Source: Psammoneis japonica
Lineage: Eukaryota
Length of the DNA stretch: 64,000 bases
Assembly: GCA_008632985.1 (NCBI GenBank)
Contig: QPGO01000029.1
Span: 260,874-324,873 of the forward strand
Direction of reading: 5' to 3'
The notes under the pieces are model-generated. The model was not told the DNA's origin. It did not search any database and was given only the letters and a program-made list of their open reading frames with translations. The position numbers were made by a program, and so were the translations under genes. Below are positions 48,524 through 61,012 of the stretch, in pieces. Within the stretch, counting starts at the first letter, position 1. Every line of letters begins with the position of its first letter.

Positions 48524-50632
48524 CCGACTCCCAGCCACCCCGCTCCAAATCCGCCACCTCGTCATACATCGACGACACCCACATGTTCCTACCCTTTTCT
48601 CAGCTCCCTTGGTTTCTCAAGAAACTCTCTGCCTACGGTCCCCAATTCGGCATCAAACTAAACACCTCCAAGGCCAAAATCCTTACATCCACCACAGGTG
48701 CCTCTCCCATCAGCCACCTCTCACCCACTGATGCCGCGGCCCTTTCCGAAGCCCTCACCTTCCTCAACCCCAACAATGACACACACATCAAGCCCGAGAT
48801 CACCACCGGCGTCTGCTTCCTCGGACAACATGTTGGCTCCTTTGCCTTCGCCATGAACTTCCTGCAAGACAAAGCCACCTCTTTCGCCACAGACCTTCTG
48901 CGCCTTGCCACCCGCCTCGCCGACAAACAAACACAAAGCACCCCATTCCGCAAATGCTCCATCCTTCCATCACCCACCTCCTCTCCACTGACGCATGTTA
49001 CAGCCTTGTGCACTCCAATGACCTCCCACCCCCTTTCGAAATGGCATCTCCCTTCACCGACAAGATCATCGGACACTCCCTGCGTTTCCTTTCCTGTCTC
49101 ACCCAACACACAGATCCCTTCCCTGCCTCCGCTAAACTCATCGCCACCCTCCCCATCTCTTTGGGCGGCGTCGGTTACCGCAACATCTCCACCATTGCCA
49201 TCCCAGCCCTCGTGACCTCACCAATCAGATCCGTTCGACACACAAAACACGGCATCCCACTCACCGGCGGCGATGTCTTCCGACTCCCTTCAAGCCACTC
49301 CTCTGCTCTCAGCTCATGGTCCAACCCATGCTCTGCCCTTTTCCCATGCCGCATGTTCCATCACTGCACCCTGACTCTCCCACCTTACCTCTTTAAAACA
49401 TGCTGTTCAGCACCACACCCCACACGGTCTCACACAGTGACTCCACCCACACCATCACAAACACAACACCCTCCCCCAAATCCTCGCCGATCCTTGCATG
49501 CAGCCAGCTCTCCCATCTTTGCAGTCTCTGCTTGCAAGTCTCTGCCTCAACTCTCTGTCATGTGCCCCGGCCTCAAACCAGCTCCCTTTGAACCTCTTCA
49601 CACTCCTTCTCCTGTGCAAACTCCGCCTTCCTGCAATGTCTTCCAACCCACTCCAATGCAACTGCCCATGCGACCATGCTCGCCCTGACCCTTGCGGAGA
49701 CCATGCCTTCACCTGCTCCAAAATGCACAAAAGCCATCTCGCAAACCACATCCGAGACACCGTCCACACCACAATCGAAACTTTGGGCCCCCTGTCTGGC
49801 CTGTGCTCTTCTTGACAACAAGTGCACCTCGACCTTGCCAGCCTCCTGTCCGACCACCCCCTTGAACGCCCCACCAATGCAGGCGTCCAACTCACACCCA
49901 GCTCTGCACCACCTGGCACCCCTTCCACCCACCAATTTTTGGCCACAGACGTCACTGTGCTGCCCGCTGCCCCGTTTCCTGCACCTGGTTTGCCTGTCCC
50001 TGAAAACCCACTCAACAAGGCTCACCTCAGCAGCACACGGGACAAGCTCCTTGGTCACTCTGCATCATCCACTGATGGATCCGACATCATCGACGCCATC
50101 AACCAAGCCGGTCTCTTCCTTCTCCCTTTCATCCTTGACCACCTTGGCGGCATCGGCTGCCATTTCCACACCTTTTTCTTTGGCACCTCTGCCACAACTT
50201 CCTCCTCCATGCCACCCCTTCCTCCCAAACCACCCTGGACAAGTCCTGCCTCCTTTTCCAACTCTCAGCCATCCTTTTCTGCCTGCACCAACTCACTCCT
50301 TGCACCCTCCGATCTCCTTGCCAACTCCAACGCAGCCTGGAAACAACTCTCTCAAGACCGCTTGGCTCTTCACACCACACCTCAACACCATCGCTTTGGG
50401 CCTCACAAATCCTCAGTCTCAACTTCGGCTTTGCTCTTTCCACCCATCTTTCTGCACACCAAGCTCTTCTCCTCTGCCACCCTGCTGTTGCCAACTCCTC
50501 CTCTCAACTGTCTGTCCATGCTCTTGGTCCACCCTTTTTCTCCCCATCCCCTGGTGCACTTCGTGCGACCCTTCCGCCACACATTTCCCCAGACCCACCC
50601 CTTCCAATGCCATGGACTCCCCAATCACTGTA
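48524..50632 (+). mobile_element. 5'-truncated CRE-like non-LTR retrotransposon (RT, zinc knuckle, restriction-like endonuclease), degenerate
   Basis: SYIDD (48565-48576), GIKLNTSK, GVCFLG..VGS, LPISLGGVG, CNCPC...DPCGDHAFTC, RPTN..V...LATDVTV; frameshifted. Confidence 0.8.
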
Positions 50633-50649
50633 TGAAGTTAGTTCTTTTG

Positions 50650-53600
50650 TGGGGAATCGTTGTCCCAGTGAAAGGGGTGGTCAAATCATGTGGCAAGAAG
50701 CTGCAGCATGAAGTCCATCAGCTTTTTTTTGTGAAACAGCAGTCTTTTTTGCAAAACCAACAGTGGCTTTTTTTGCTGCAGCTTGGGCCCAAATCCCCAC
50801 AGTGCATGTGGTGATCCAGGGGGGGGGGCTCCTTGGCTCTCCTGACCTGTGCCCCTGTGGCAAAGTCATGGAGAAAAACACCAAAAGCAATCCATTGACT
50901 GGACATTTTCAAGAACCAGCTCCAAACTTTTCATTGCCCTGCCCTTCCAGCAAAGCCAGAAAAAATGTGCCAGAGAGAGAGAGAGAGAGAGATCCCTGTG
51001 TTGTTGTCAGCTTGCTGACCCTGCTCTTTAAACAAGCACCTCTCAAGCACACAGAAGTGCTGCCAGCAGCTGCTGTTTGTGACACCAGACTGGCCACATT
51101 TGAGCCAACTTTTTCTGGAGCACCTCTGCAGGAGCATGTGGGCCAGTGCTGTGAGTGCACCAACATCTTTTGTTTGGACAACAGTTTGTCAGCTGAGGTG
51201 GTGGGTGGTGCCCACAGTTGAAAAAGAGGGTCTTTGCAGTTTGCGCACAGCAGGCGATGCTGCAGAGCTGGTGTTGAACAGCAGCAGTGCAATTTCTGGC
51301 ACAAAACCAGTCTGCAAGTGCCCCCCTGAGCAATGAATGAAAGAATCTGAGTGCCCAATGTGAGTAAAGTCAGACCTGGCTTGCTAAAAAGAACAGGTTT
51401 TTGCTCATCATGCTGCCCCTGCAGGCACTGCAGACTTTAATTTGGTTGCTCTCCCATCAGTGAGACACAAGCTGCTGGACATTGGCTCACTTCACATTCT
51501 CACTTTTTTGCTGCTTGTCAGGTCAGCCTTTTTTGGGTCCATGGAGCACAGGCCAGGGTCTGCATGTTTTTCCTGCATCTGCAGATCATTTCCACCATGC
51601 ACTCTCTCAGGCACCAAAGCAGGACAAGTCCACATGACACATGCCCAAGCACTGCCCAGATCTGCAATCAAGAGAATTGAAAATGAATGGGGCTGATCAC
51701 CCGAATGTGCCCATGCTGGTTGGCTGTGTGAAGCCATTGTCACAGCACCTCTGCACAGGTGGGCATGATTTGGCTGCCCACACCCCTTGCTGAAAGATTT
51801 CTCACTCACAGCAGGGGGCTGTGGAAGCAATGTGCCTGTTGTTTGTGAGTCCTCCAGGAGTGCAAAAGATTTCCTTCCATCAATGAAATGGATCAGTTCA
51901 TTGAGGGCCAGCTTTCATGTGAACACATGACAAGCTTCAGTGCTCATGACTGCAGTTTCTTTGACATGGCCAATGCCAGATTCCCATGTCATTTCAGCTT
52001 GTTTGGTGCCACAGCATGAGAGCTGCGCTGCAGAGCAAATCACTGCCAACATTTGGACCAGACCGACCCACATGGGTGCTGGGTTGGAAACAGCTGAAAA
52101 TGGGCAGACCAAAACTCAGCAGTCAGCAGGATCACCATCACCAACTTTCTTGCACTGTGAGACACATCATGTTGGGGATTGAGAATGCATGCATGACTTC
52201 TGAGTTTTGCATGATGATGTCATCCTCATTTTTGGCCGGAATCATCATGCTGAAAAAAGGGGCCATTTGCCAGGCTGCAAACCATGAAACCTCCCAATGC
52301 CCATTGGGTGTCAAGAATGTCACGGCAAGGAGGGTCTCAAACACATTTGGGACAGGCCCAGACAGACAAACCTCACAAGCACTTTGACAAGCTCCCCACA
52401 CTGGAGCTCACTTTTTCTGCAACAGCACAATCAGGACACTCCCACCCTGCTCCAAAATCAGGGCTTTTTTGGCAGCAGATCACAAATGACACTGCTGGGC
52501 TGCAACCTGGCTGGCACAAGATTTGAGCCAAGCACAAGTTGCTGACACCATGCCATCACCAGCAGCACAGTGCACTCACAGGAGAAGCCAAAGACAAAGG
52601 CACAACAATGGCATGCTCCTGACCAACAGTGGCTTTCCAAAAGCTCTCACCATTGAGGGGTCCACATTCATGAATCCACCCACTGTCAGACAAGCCACAG
52701 ACTGAAGTCCAGGAAAAAATCTGATGACCGGCTAAATGTGCAGTGCACATTTTTGAGTTTTCAAGGCTCATTTTGTGCCAAATGCACAAAAACACAATGT
52801 TGTGTAGAAAAATGCACCAGGACTCTCTGTGGTGTCACACACCAAAATGTCACAACACTCTCTTGACAAGCCAGTGACTGCCACACAAAAGCAGCAATTG
52901 AAGTCAAGCAGTGACCACAAAACTCACTGTTGCCACATTGTCAGCTGTTGCCCACTCAAGCAAGTGACAGCACTTGCTGCGCCTGTTTGGTCATTCAAAC
53001 AAGCAGATCCAAGGGTGTCATGCAGGATCTCATGCTGCAAGTTCTCGTCACAGTTGGAAGGAGGTTGTGGCATCATTGACCAGCACTGCACCTGTGCAGC
53101 ATGCATGCAACCAGCTTCAGTGCATTGTTGGGTGCAAAACCTGGTCTCAACCAGCACATTTGGCCAGTCCTCTTCAGTGACAAACCAGCCTGATCAATTG
53201 CAAATCTCACTCATTTGTCCTGACAGGGGTGGCATGTGAAAAAGAGCAAATGTCCACATTCCCCAACAAATGTCTGGGTCAACAAATCAACACCATGTCA
53301 ACCCAACAAGTGTGGAAGAACAATTCAACAACTTTGCACTCACAAAATGTTCAATTTGATGTTGTCAACCAACCAGCTGACAATCAATTGGTTGACTGGC
53401 ATTTTCAAAAGACTGTTTCACAATGACAGCTCTGCAACTCAGTTTCATTCTGCCACATGAAATGCATGCACTGCCATGCAGCATTGCCCTGCTGAATCTC
53501 TCTGAAAAATGCAGTTGCTTGTCATGGTTTTTCATTTGCCAAACCCCAATCAACTCCATTTTGCAGATCTTGGTGCAGCTCACCATGTGGTCTGCAAATT

Positions 53601-56600
53601 TGCATGTGTCATGTGACCCTTCCTCTGTTTGGTTTTTTGTGGCTGGTGGAAATTGTCTTGCACAAATGCTCCCACTGGATGAGTTGTTCACTTGCTGCAT
53701 CTCACTTCATTTCCACAACCAGCTTCTTGAAGAACTTGTTGGTTCTTGGCAACCATCCCATGCTTTTGCTTGGTGTCTTGTGTTGTCTCCTGCATGTGCC
53801 TTCCTCTGCTGCACTCAAGTTGCCTGCCATCATGAAGTGCTTGAGTTGTTTTGTGCACTCCTTTCTCTTTTTCCAGGAGTCCCCTCTGCTGGGGCAATGC
53901 TTTCAAGCTTGTTTGCAACATCTGTCAGAGCTGAGAATCAGCCTTTTGCCTTCTGCTTGTCTTGCATCTTCTTGACTTTGTTGTTTTGACTCTTGAGGGA
54001 CTCCCTCCTTGCCTCCTTGAACTTGGTGAGGCTGCTGTCTCTTGAGTGGCTCCTTGTTCTGTTGCTTTTTGGTCTTGGGGGTGTTTCTCTCCAACACCAC
54101 AAATGTGCTTGATCCATCTGCATCTTGTGCTCCTCCATGGTTCAGTTTGGCATGATGGTTTTGCACAAGTCATGCTTGCCAGTTGGGCCTCCTTGTTTGT
54201 CAATGTTCACATCACAGTCTGACAGCAAAGTGCTGTCTTTTTGTTGTTCTTGCACTGCACTCTGCATGCCATGCATCAAAAATGTTCTCATCAGCAACAT
54301 GTGTGCAATTGCTTTTTGGCACTCAACACACTCACATTTTTGTTTTCAGAGATGCCATTCTTCCAATGAGTGTCTCCCATGACAGGTGATGACATGCAGC
54401 TGCAGAGGACAATGTGCAGTGTTGGGTTTGGCAATCTGTCTTGGAATCACTCCACCAGCGGTGAACTGCAACTCTGTGATCCTTGCCGCAAGTGCAAACA
54501 AGGGCTGCATCATTGACAACAGCATGATCCTGATGTTGGCATTTCCACGCCTCACAAAGGCAAATGCTCCAGCAATGGTGCTTGCCATGAAATTTGTCCT
54601 TCTGTGCCTGACAAGCATTTTGGATTGTTTTGCCACTAGAAAACCTGTCTTGTTTCATTTTCATCCCCAAAGGAACTGCAGGCAAGTCTTTTGCTGTGCC
54701 TCTGGAATGTCTGGAAGCATGCCACACATCAGCTTTGGCCTGCAATTTGGAAAAAAGTCTTTGCATGGCATGTCTGTCTCTGCTCCAATTGCTCTGCATC
54801 AGAGTGTGATGCTCAGAAACACTTTGTCCTTGACATGGCCTCTCAGCACTTTGATGACATCTCTGTTGACCTTTTTGTCATTGGCCGCTCACTTGCTCAG
54901 ATTGGCCCATCTCCTCTGAGCTGCACAGTTGCCATGCTTCCTCATTGTTTTTTTGTGTGGTGTGTTTGCCCATGCCACTGCTGCAAATCTGGTTTGTGCC
55001 CCCCCCCTTGTGTTGTCTCTTCACACCTGGTCAAGTTTTTGATCTGTTAGATTCAAAATGGCACCCACAAGTTTACAAAAGTGTCCCAATTGTTTGTGAT
55101 TGCTGCACCCCCCAGTCAAAAGACAGTCATGTCGTGCAATGGGGTGAGCAAAGCTCTCACAGGTTGGCAGCAATGTAAACAGCAAAGAGGCAAACAGACA
55201 TTGTCGTTGTTGTTGTTCTTGGAGATCATGGCAAAAGTTCATTGCCATTTTGAACAGCGATTTGAGTGGTTGGCCAAACAAATTGATGAGTCTGGGTTGC
55301 AGTCATGATCTGCAACCACCATGATGTTCAGTGGTGACTCAGAGACAGTTGACACAAACAATGCAAATGTCTTTTTCCTGGCAACCTGGCACCCTTGGCT
55401 TGTCCTGTTGCAAACCAATCAGTTTGCAAATTCCATCTCCCAGAATGATGAAAACAAACTTTTTTCAAATGAACCAGCACACTGCACAGCCAATGAGTTC
55501 CCATTGACTCAGGTCAACCACAGTTTGTCCCTCCTTGTGGATTGCAATGCATGCTGCACCATTGCCATTGCCACTGCTTTTGCCACACAAACTGGTGTGC
55601 TGATGCAACTTGACATCATCAGCCTGGGCATGCTTTCCCAAGCCACAGCATTGCTTCATCCCCCCCCCCCCCAACAGGCTTGTGACTCAGGCACATCGTT
55701 CTCCAGAGTCATTTGGTGGCCACAGTGGGCACCACTGTTGCCATTCCCTCTGCTGCTTCTTCTGCCTGTGCCTTGGGTGAGACCCAAGTTGCATCTGGCA
55801 AATTTGGTGGCAGCTGTGCCATTTCTGGTCCCTCTCTGATGTGTTCCCTTGCACAATGTGCTTTTGCTGATGTCAAGAAAAGGGGTTCAGAGGAAACTCA
55901 GGAGAATGGAGGTGACAACAGATGTGTTTAAAAAGAATGAGCTTGAAGAACCTGGTCATTTTGAAATGCTTCCTGGGGCCAGTTTCTCTCAGACACTGGG
56001 CTCTCCAATGACAGTTGTTCAATGCTGCCAGTGCCCTCTGGTCCAAGGGAACATGCCATGTTGTCAAAGTTCTCTTTGTTGACAATGACCTTGCCTGCTC
56101 TGATGATGATGATGCACAAAGAACTTCTGTTGGCATCCTGGACAATCGCAGCAACCCTAACAACAGTGCTCTTGCTGCTGCTCAAGCTGACAGCTCTGAC
56201 AAAGTGCTGGTCAGTTTGACAGCAGCTTGAGCAATTGAAAGAGCAAAGCTGGTGCTGTCAGCTGTGCTGCCAATGACAGTGACAGGTGACAGAAAAATTA
56301 AACAACTGTTGCTGCAGGTGTTGTTGTTGATGGCATTCGCAATGTGTCAGCACACAAACCATGGAGTGCTCTCCTTCAATGACTGTGCTGTCTTGTGCAC
56401 TTTCTAAGGCTGCAGTCTGTGAAAAAGGGTGTCATCAATGGCACTGCAAAAGAGGCTGGTGCCAGTGCTGAAGCCATGGCCCTTGCTGAAAATGGCAAAA
56501 TGCAGATGTCTCTTTGGGCAGCACACTTCCTGGGGTTGACAACAACAACTGCAAACACTGCACTGCTTCTTTTTGTTTGACATCTTCAGTTCTGAGCTGG

Positions 56601-58040
56601 GTGACAAAGGCAGAAATGTGGCTGACATGCCGGGCACTCAGCCAGCTGCTTAAAAAATGTGAAAGCTGGAAAGACAGATTGCTCCATGTGATCAACAAGG
56701 CTGATGGCAATGATCTTGAGTGCACAGGCATGATTGAAGGGTGAGAAGTTTTCAAAGAAAAAGCTGAGTGTGCTCCTGATGGCTCCTCACACACAGCAGA
56801 TGATGACAAAGATGGCAGCACATGCAAACCAAGGCAGCTCAAGCACAGGAGAAGTTGTCAAGGCAGCTGATTTTAGACAAAAAGGTGGCTCAAATTCTGG
56901 CAATGACAGCAAAGCCAAACTCAAAGCTCTGAGCCGGGATTTTGCCAATGGTCATTGAGCAAGAAGCAGACAACAAGTGTGCAAAAATTTGCTGCTGGCT
57001 CAACTTCAGACCAAGGCAACAATGAAAGCTTTAAGCTCAGCAGTGCAAAAAGGAGCCACGTGGCTTTGTTCTTTAACAGGGGATGGCAAACCTGTTGCTT
57101 CCCTGCCCTGATGATGGTGCTGCTGAAGCTTGCAAAGCACTGGGAAATTCTGGCTGTGACAGAGCTCCTGGTTGCCCTGCAAGTGACCCTGATGGCATCT
57201 CTCATAGAAGCCCCAGCAATCTTTCCAAGACATTGGGAACTTTTGACAGCAGCTGTCCTGACAGCACAAAACAAAGAGTTCCTGATGACACAAATCTGTT
57301 CCCAAGCCCTGCAAATTTGACACACTTGGTCAAGTTTCATGCTTCCAAAAGCTTCCAAACCAACCAAACATTTGGCTGACAAAATGGCAATTGTGTTGGA
57401 CAAGAAGGTGCCACATTCTTTTAAAGTTTGAATGGCATGCCTGAACTGCAGCTGGAATTTGCCGAGCAAGCAAAATGCTCAGATTTGGTTGCATCTGATT
57501 TTCAATGACAAATTTTAGAGCAGCTTTGTTTTTGATTGGGCAACAACTGCAACAGTGAGAGCTTCAAATCTCCTCTGATTTCACTTTCCAGCAAAAAGTC
57601 TGCAGGAAATCCCCGTCATCTTTTGGGCAAATGCCTGCCTGGGAAAAACAAACGCTTTAGTGCAAGGCATTGGGAGAGGCCCAGGCATCACAAAATCAAT
57701 GGTCAGCCCAATTTTTGCCCTGGCAAGTGAACACCGAGAAGTCATTTGAAGCTGTGTCATTTGGATTTGTGCAGCTCATCTTCAAACCACGCAGCAACTG
57801 TTGCCCTGAAATGCATTGGGAAACCATCGAAGAGGCTCCCAGAATCCCAGCCATTGAATGGCAAGGCCATCTGGCTCATAAACCTGGACATTGCCCAGAA
57901 ATCACCCCAACCCGCAATCAAAGACAAGGTCACCAAGCAACCCTGACATTGTTTGGAAGTTGTGAGCTTGACTTTAGCAGATTTTGAAGAAAATTTGAGT
58001 TGAGCCAACACCAGGCTTAGAGCTTAGAGCCCGCAGCTTG
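50650..58040. other. Second large TpA- and CpG-depleted degenerate domain, content not identifiable
   Basis: TA and CG almost absent with strong TG/CA excess; only short Cys/His-rich junk ORFs. Confidence 0.88.
50972..50992. repeat. (AG)10 microsatellite
   Basis: Seen directly. Confidence 0.9.
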
Positions 58041-58668
58041 TGGCTTTTATTTTTGAAGTCCTGGCTGATTGCCGCATTTGCAGTGCACAAAAGCTGATGA
58101 ACTGTCCAACTTTCCATTCAGCCCAAGATGATGGTCATAAAAAAATTGCAATTCGAGCACACAACATAAAGACGATTGTGAATTGTGAACGAAACATGTC
58201 AGGGTAATGCGCGTAGATGGGGATGTAAAGAAACATGATATAGAGTGGTGTCGTTCTACCAAGAAGACTTGCTGACTACTTGTCGCAGGAGAGCAAGCTG
58301 AAAAGAAGAACTCCAAGAAATGAGCCAGGGATAACGTAGGCGTAGATAGGGATGCCAAGAAACACAATAGCTTTCCGCCAAGAAGACTGTTGCTACGATG
58401 CTATAAATAAAGTGCGAGGATACCCGAAATCGTGTCACAAGTGGCATAATAATGAAAATAGAATTAACATTAGGAATGCTCAAAAGCTTCAACAGATTTT
58501 AGCAGACCCTGCCAGCTTCAATCGAATTCAGAAGGGGGTGAGAATATTACTACTACGACAAGTAACGCAATAGATGAAATCCATGTCTGTCTACACCATC
58601 ACAAACGACCTGAACATGACGATGTTAGCTAAAAATTAACAAGATTTGAGTCAGTAGAGGCTGTTGCC

Positions 58669-60213
58669 TTAATAGAGCCACCAATTCGCGGCCAGCCAAG
58701 TAGCAGCGGCTGCTGGTCCGATAGGACCCAGGTGGCTGACCAAACCAGCCGATACTGCGGCAGGAATATAAATTGTGGCCAACGTCCAGTATTGGAGCCA
58801 CTTTTCTGGAACCATTTCCGGAGTTTGTGCCGTTACTCTAGCGCGATCTGTCCCAGGGGGCACTTGGACAATGGCGTTGGCGAATTTCCTTGGCTCATCG
58901 TAGAAATGGTTCCGCACCGGCTTGAGCGGGCTCACCATGGCGGACTTAATGCATTTAAAGCCTTCATATATTGATGGAGAGTCTTCTACCTCCTGGTAGT
59001 AGACCACATTTACATTATCGGGCCGTTTGTTAGTCAAGTACTCATCTTCGAGCAAGTCAATCAGTATAGCTTTTGGGAAGAGACGTGCACGGCGAATCAA
59101 ACCACAAAACTCGAGGCCACCGCTGGTCCACTGGGCACAGTTGCCAGACTGATACAAAGAGTTTCGCACTCCCATCATCATCTCTTCGCTTTCTTCCATC
59201 ATTTTCATTATCTTACCATCAGCAAACTCGTCATCTTGCTTCTTGACAAAGCTTTTGGCTGATTTTTCCATTTTCAGAAAGGCTTCCCGGCGCTGGTCGT
59301 CTTTTTCCCGAATCCAATCGGCCAGGTTGTAAAATGCTTTGTCAAGGGGTGAGGGTAAGACCCGCGCCAGGCGACTGAACTGAACCTCTACTAGTTGAAA
59401 TCGTGCCGCACCACGCTTAGACGATCCAGGGGCACCGCCAACCTTGTAAGGCGTGCTCCCGGAAACGGTGTGCTTTTTAGTGCCCGATGGATGATGAGAA
59501 TCATCCACGGCACCAATTTCGCTTGCGCGCGACACAGCCTGGTAGTAGGCATGCAAGGCATCCGTGGCTCCAGGAGCAACATTTTCAATCCGCACGCCCA
59601 CAAAAGGGCGGCTGTAGACGCCTCCCTGTTGCGAAATTTTTGGATCAGTGCCGTAAAAGTAGTCGGAAGGCTTGAAGAAGTTAATGAGAGTGGAATCAGG
59701 ATTGGTGAAGTCACCCATGATGTTCATGACGTGCTGTTCGTCGTCAGAGGTCGTGTACCGAATGGCAATGTGACCAAATCTGAGAAGATTCAAGTGCAAA
59801 AATTTGCTGAGGCCGCTGTTCAGATCGGCCATGTGGTCCGTCAAAATGACTTCAATGTCCGGCGGTTTGGACACACTCAAAGCTTCATCGATTTCGTCAA
59901 AGATGCTGTCTTTGTTTGCAATGGTGGGCCCATGGGGAAAGCTCCCTAGGACTGCTGGAGAGTCAGTGCCTGGCTTCTTCTTTTTCTTCTTTTTTTGTTG
60001 CTGCTCTTCAAGTAGAGTCGTCGCATTCGCCGGTTCCGTTGCAGAGTGCTCGCCAGTCAATGTTTTGTACGCAAACTGTGAGCCCGCCGCCAAAGAATGC
60101 TGAGAACTGTGAAATAGGGTCGGTCTATTACTCATGGTGATAAAAGCAGCGGCGCATCGGGATCCGACGAAGAGGAACATTGTTATAGGGGTTACAGCAT
60201 CAAATGCTTTCAT
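58669..60213 (-). CDS. Uncharacterised, probably plastid-targeted membrane protein; possible permuted papain-like His/Cys fold
   Basis: 514-aa ORF with normal composition; signal peptide ending AAAF; FGHIAIRY and GNCAQWTS motifs; hydrophobic C-terminus. Confidence 0.75.
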   Translation of the reverse strand: MKAFDAVTPITMFLFVGSRCAAAFITMSNRPTLFHSSQHSLAAGSQFAYKTLTGEHSATEPANATTLLEEQQQKKKKKKKPGTDSPAVLGSFPHGPTIANKDSIFDEIDEALSVSKPPDIEVILTDHMADLNSGLSKFLHLNLLRFGHIAIRYTTSDDEQHVMNIMGDFTNPDSTLINFFKPSDYFYGTDPKISQQGGVYSRPFVGVRIENVAPGATDALHAYYQAVSRASEIGAVDDSHHPSGTKKHTVSGSTPYKVGGAPGSSKRGAARFQLVEVQFSRLARVLPSPLDKAFYNLADWIREKDDQRREAFLKMEKSAKSFVKKQDDEFADGKIMKMMEESEEMMMGVRNSLYQSGNCAQWTSGGLEFCGLIRRARLFPKAILIDLLEDEYLTNKRPDNVNVVYYQEVEDSPSIYEGFKCIKSAMVSPLKPVRNHFYDEPRKFANAIVQVPPGTDRARVTAQTPEMVPEKWLQYWTLATIYIPAAVSAGLVSHLGPIGPAAAATWLAANWWLY

Positions 60214-61012
60214 GGTTGTTTGTAATTTTGTGGGGCATTCCTGAAAGCTTTCCCGTTTTATTCTGCCGGGGCGTGGGGCGAAAGATTTTTTTCATCTCAC
60301 AGCCGACAGCTGTCTCGCAGAACCCAGAACCAGACGCACGTCTGACATCTGAAAATTCGGATGACGTCATGTTGATCCCACGAACTCTGAGGAAGTTCCC
60401 GGGATTCGGGAAAATCATCAACGCAACACGTAAGTCTTGAGTCTACGCAATGATGCATGATTCATTCATTCTTCCGAACCCCTCCGAAGATCACCGAATC
60501 TCTTGGAAAAAAGGCATTCAAACAATCCTTGTTGGGTGTCTTTTTCTCTTTGATAGTTACTATCAACAAGAGGGAAGCGAAAATGGTGGTTGCCAGTAAT
60601 CACTCTCTAACAGTCCTGTTCAAAGCCCTTCTGTCATTTCCAACACGCTGGTGTATATTTTAAAAGTTAAAATTCAATAAGCCCCTACTAGCGTTTTGTA
60701 CCTGTTCCTAACGAACCAACGCTTCATGATTCCGCCTTGCAAACACCTTGAAGCTTACGTTTGCGATTGCTTTGTTTCCTTAAGTACTGCAATTTTGAGT
60801 GGTTGCCTTCCAAGTGGGGTATGGTTCCCAGAAGAAGCTATAAAGGGAGGCAAAGACGCATCGGAAGTTCTGATGTTGAGGTGCTCACACCGTTGAAGCT
60901 GAATGCTCGTATGGCATTGTATTGTTACGCCAAGAAGGTTGGGACGGACAAGAGACAGCAATACCCCAGAAAGATGTGGCCGCTACAATGATCTAGTCAT
61001 GTCTCGTGCTTT

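Noticed and set aside
10810..58040. CpG methylation decay as the sole cause
   Set aside because: It cannot remove TA or convert Tyr to Cys/His, and young elements keep CG while losing TA.
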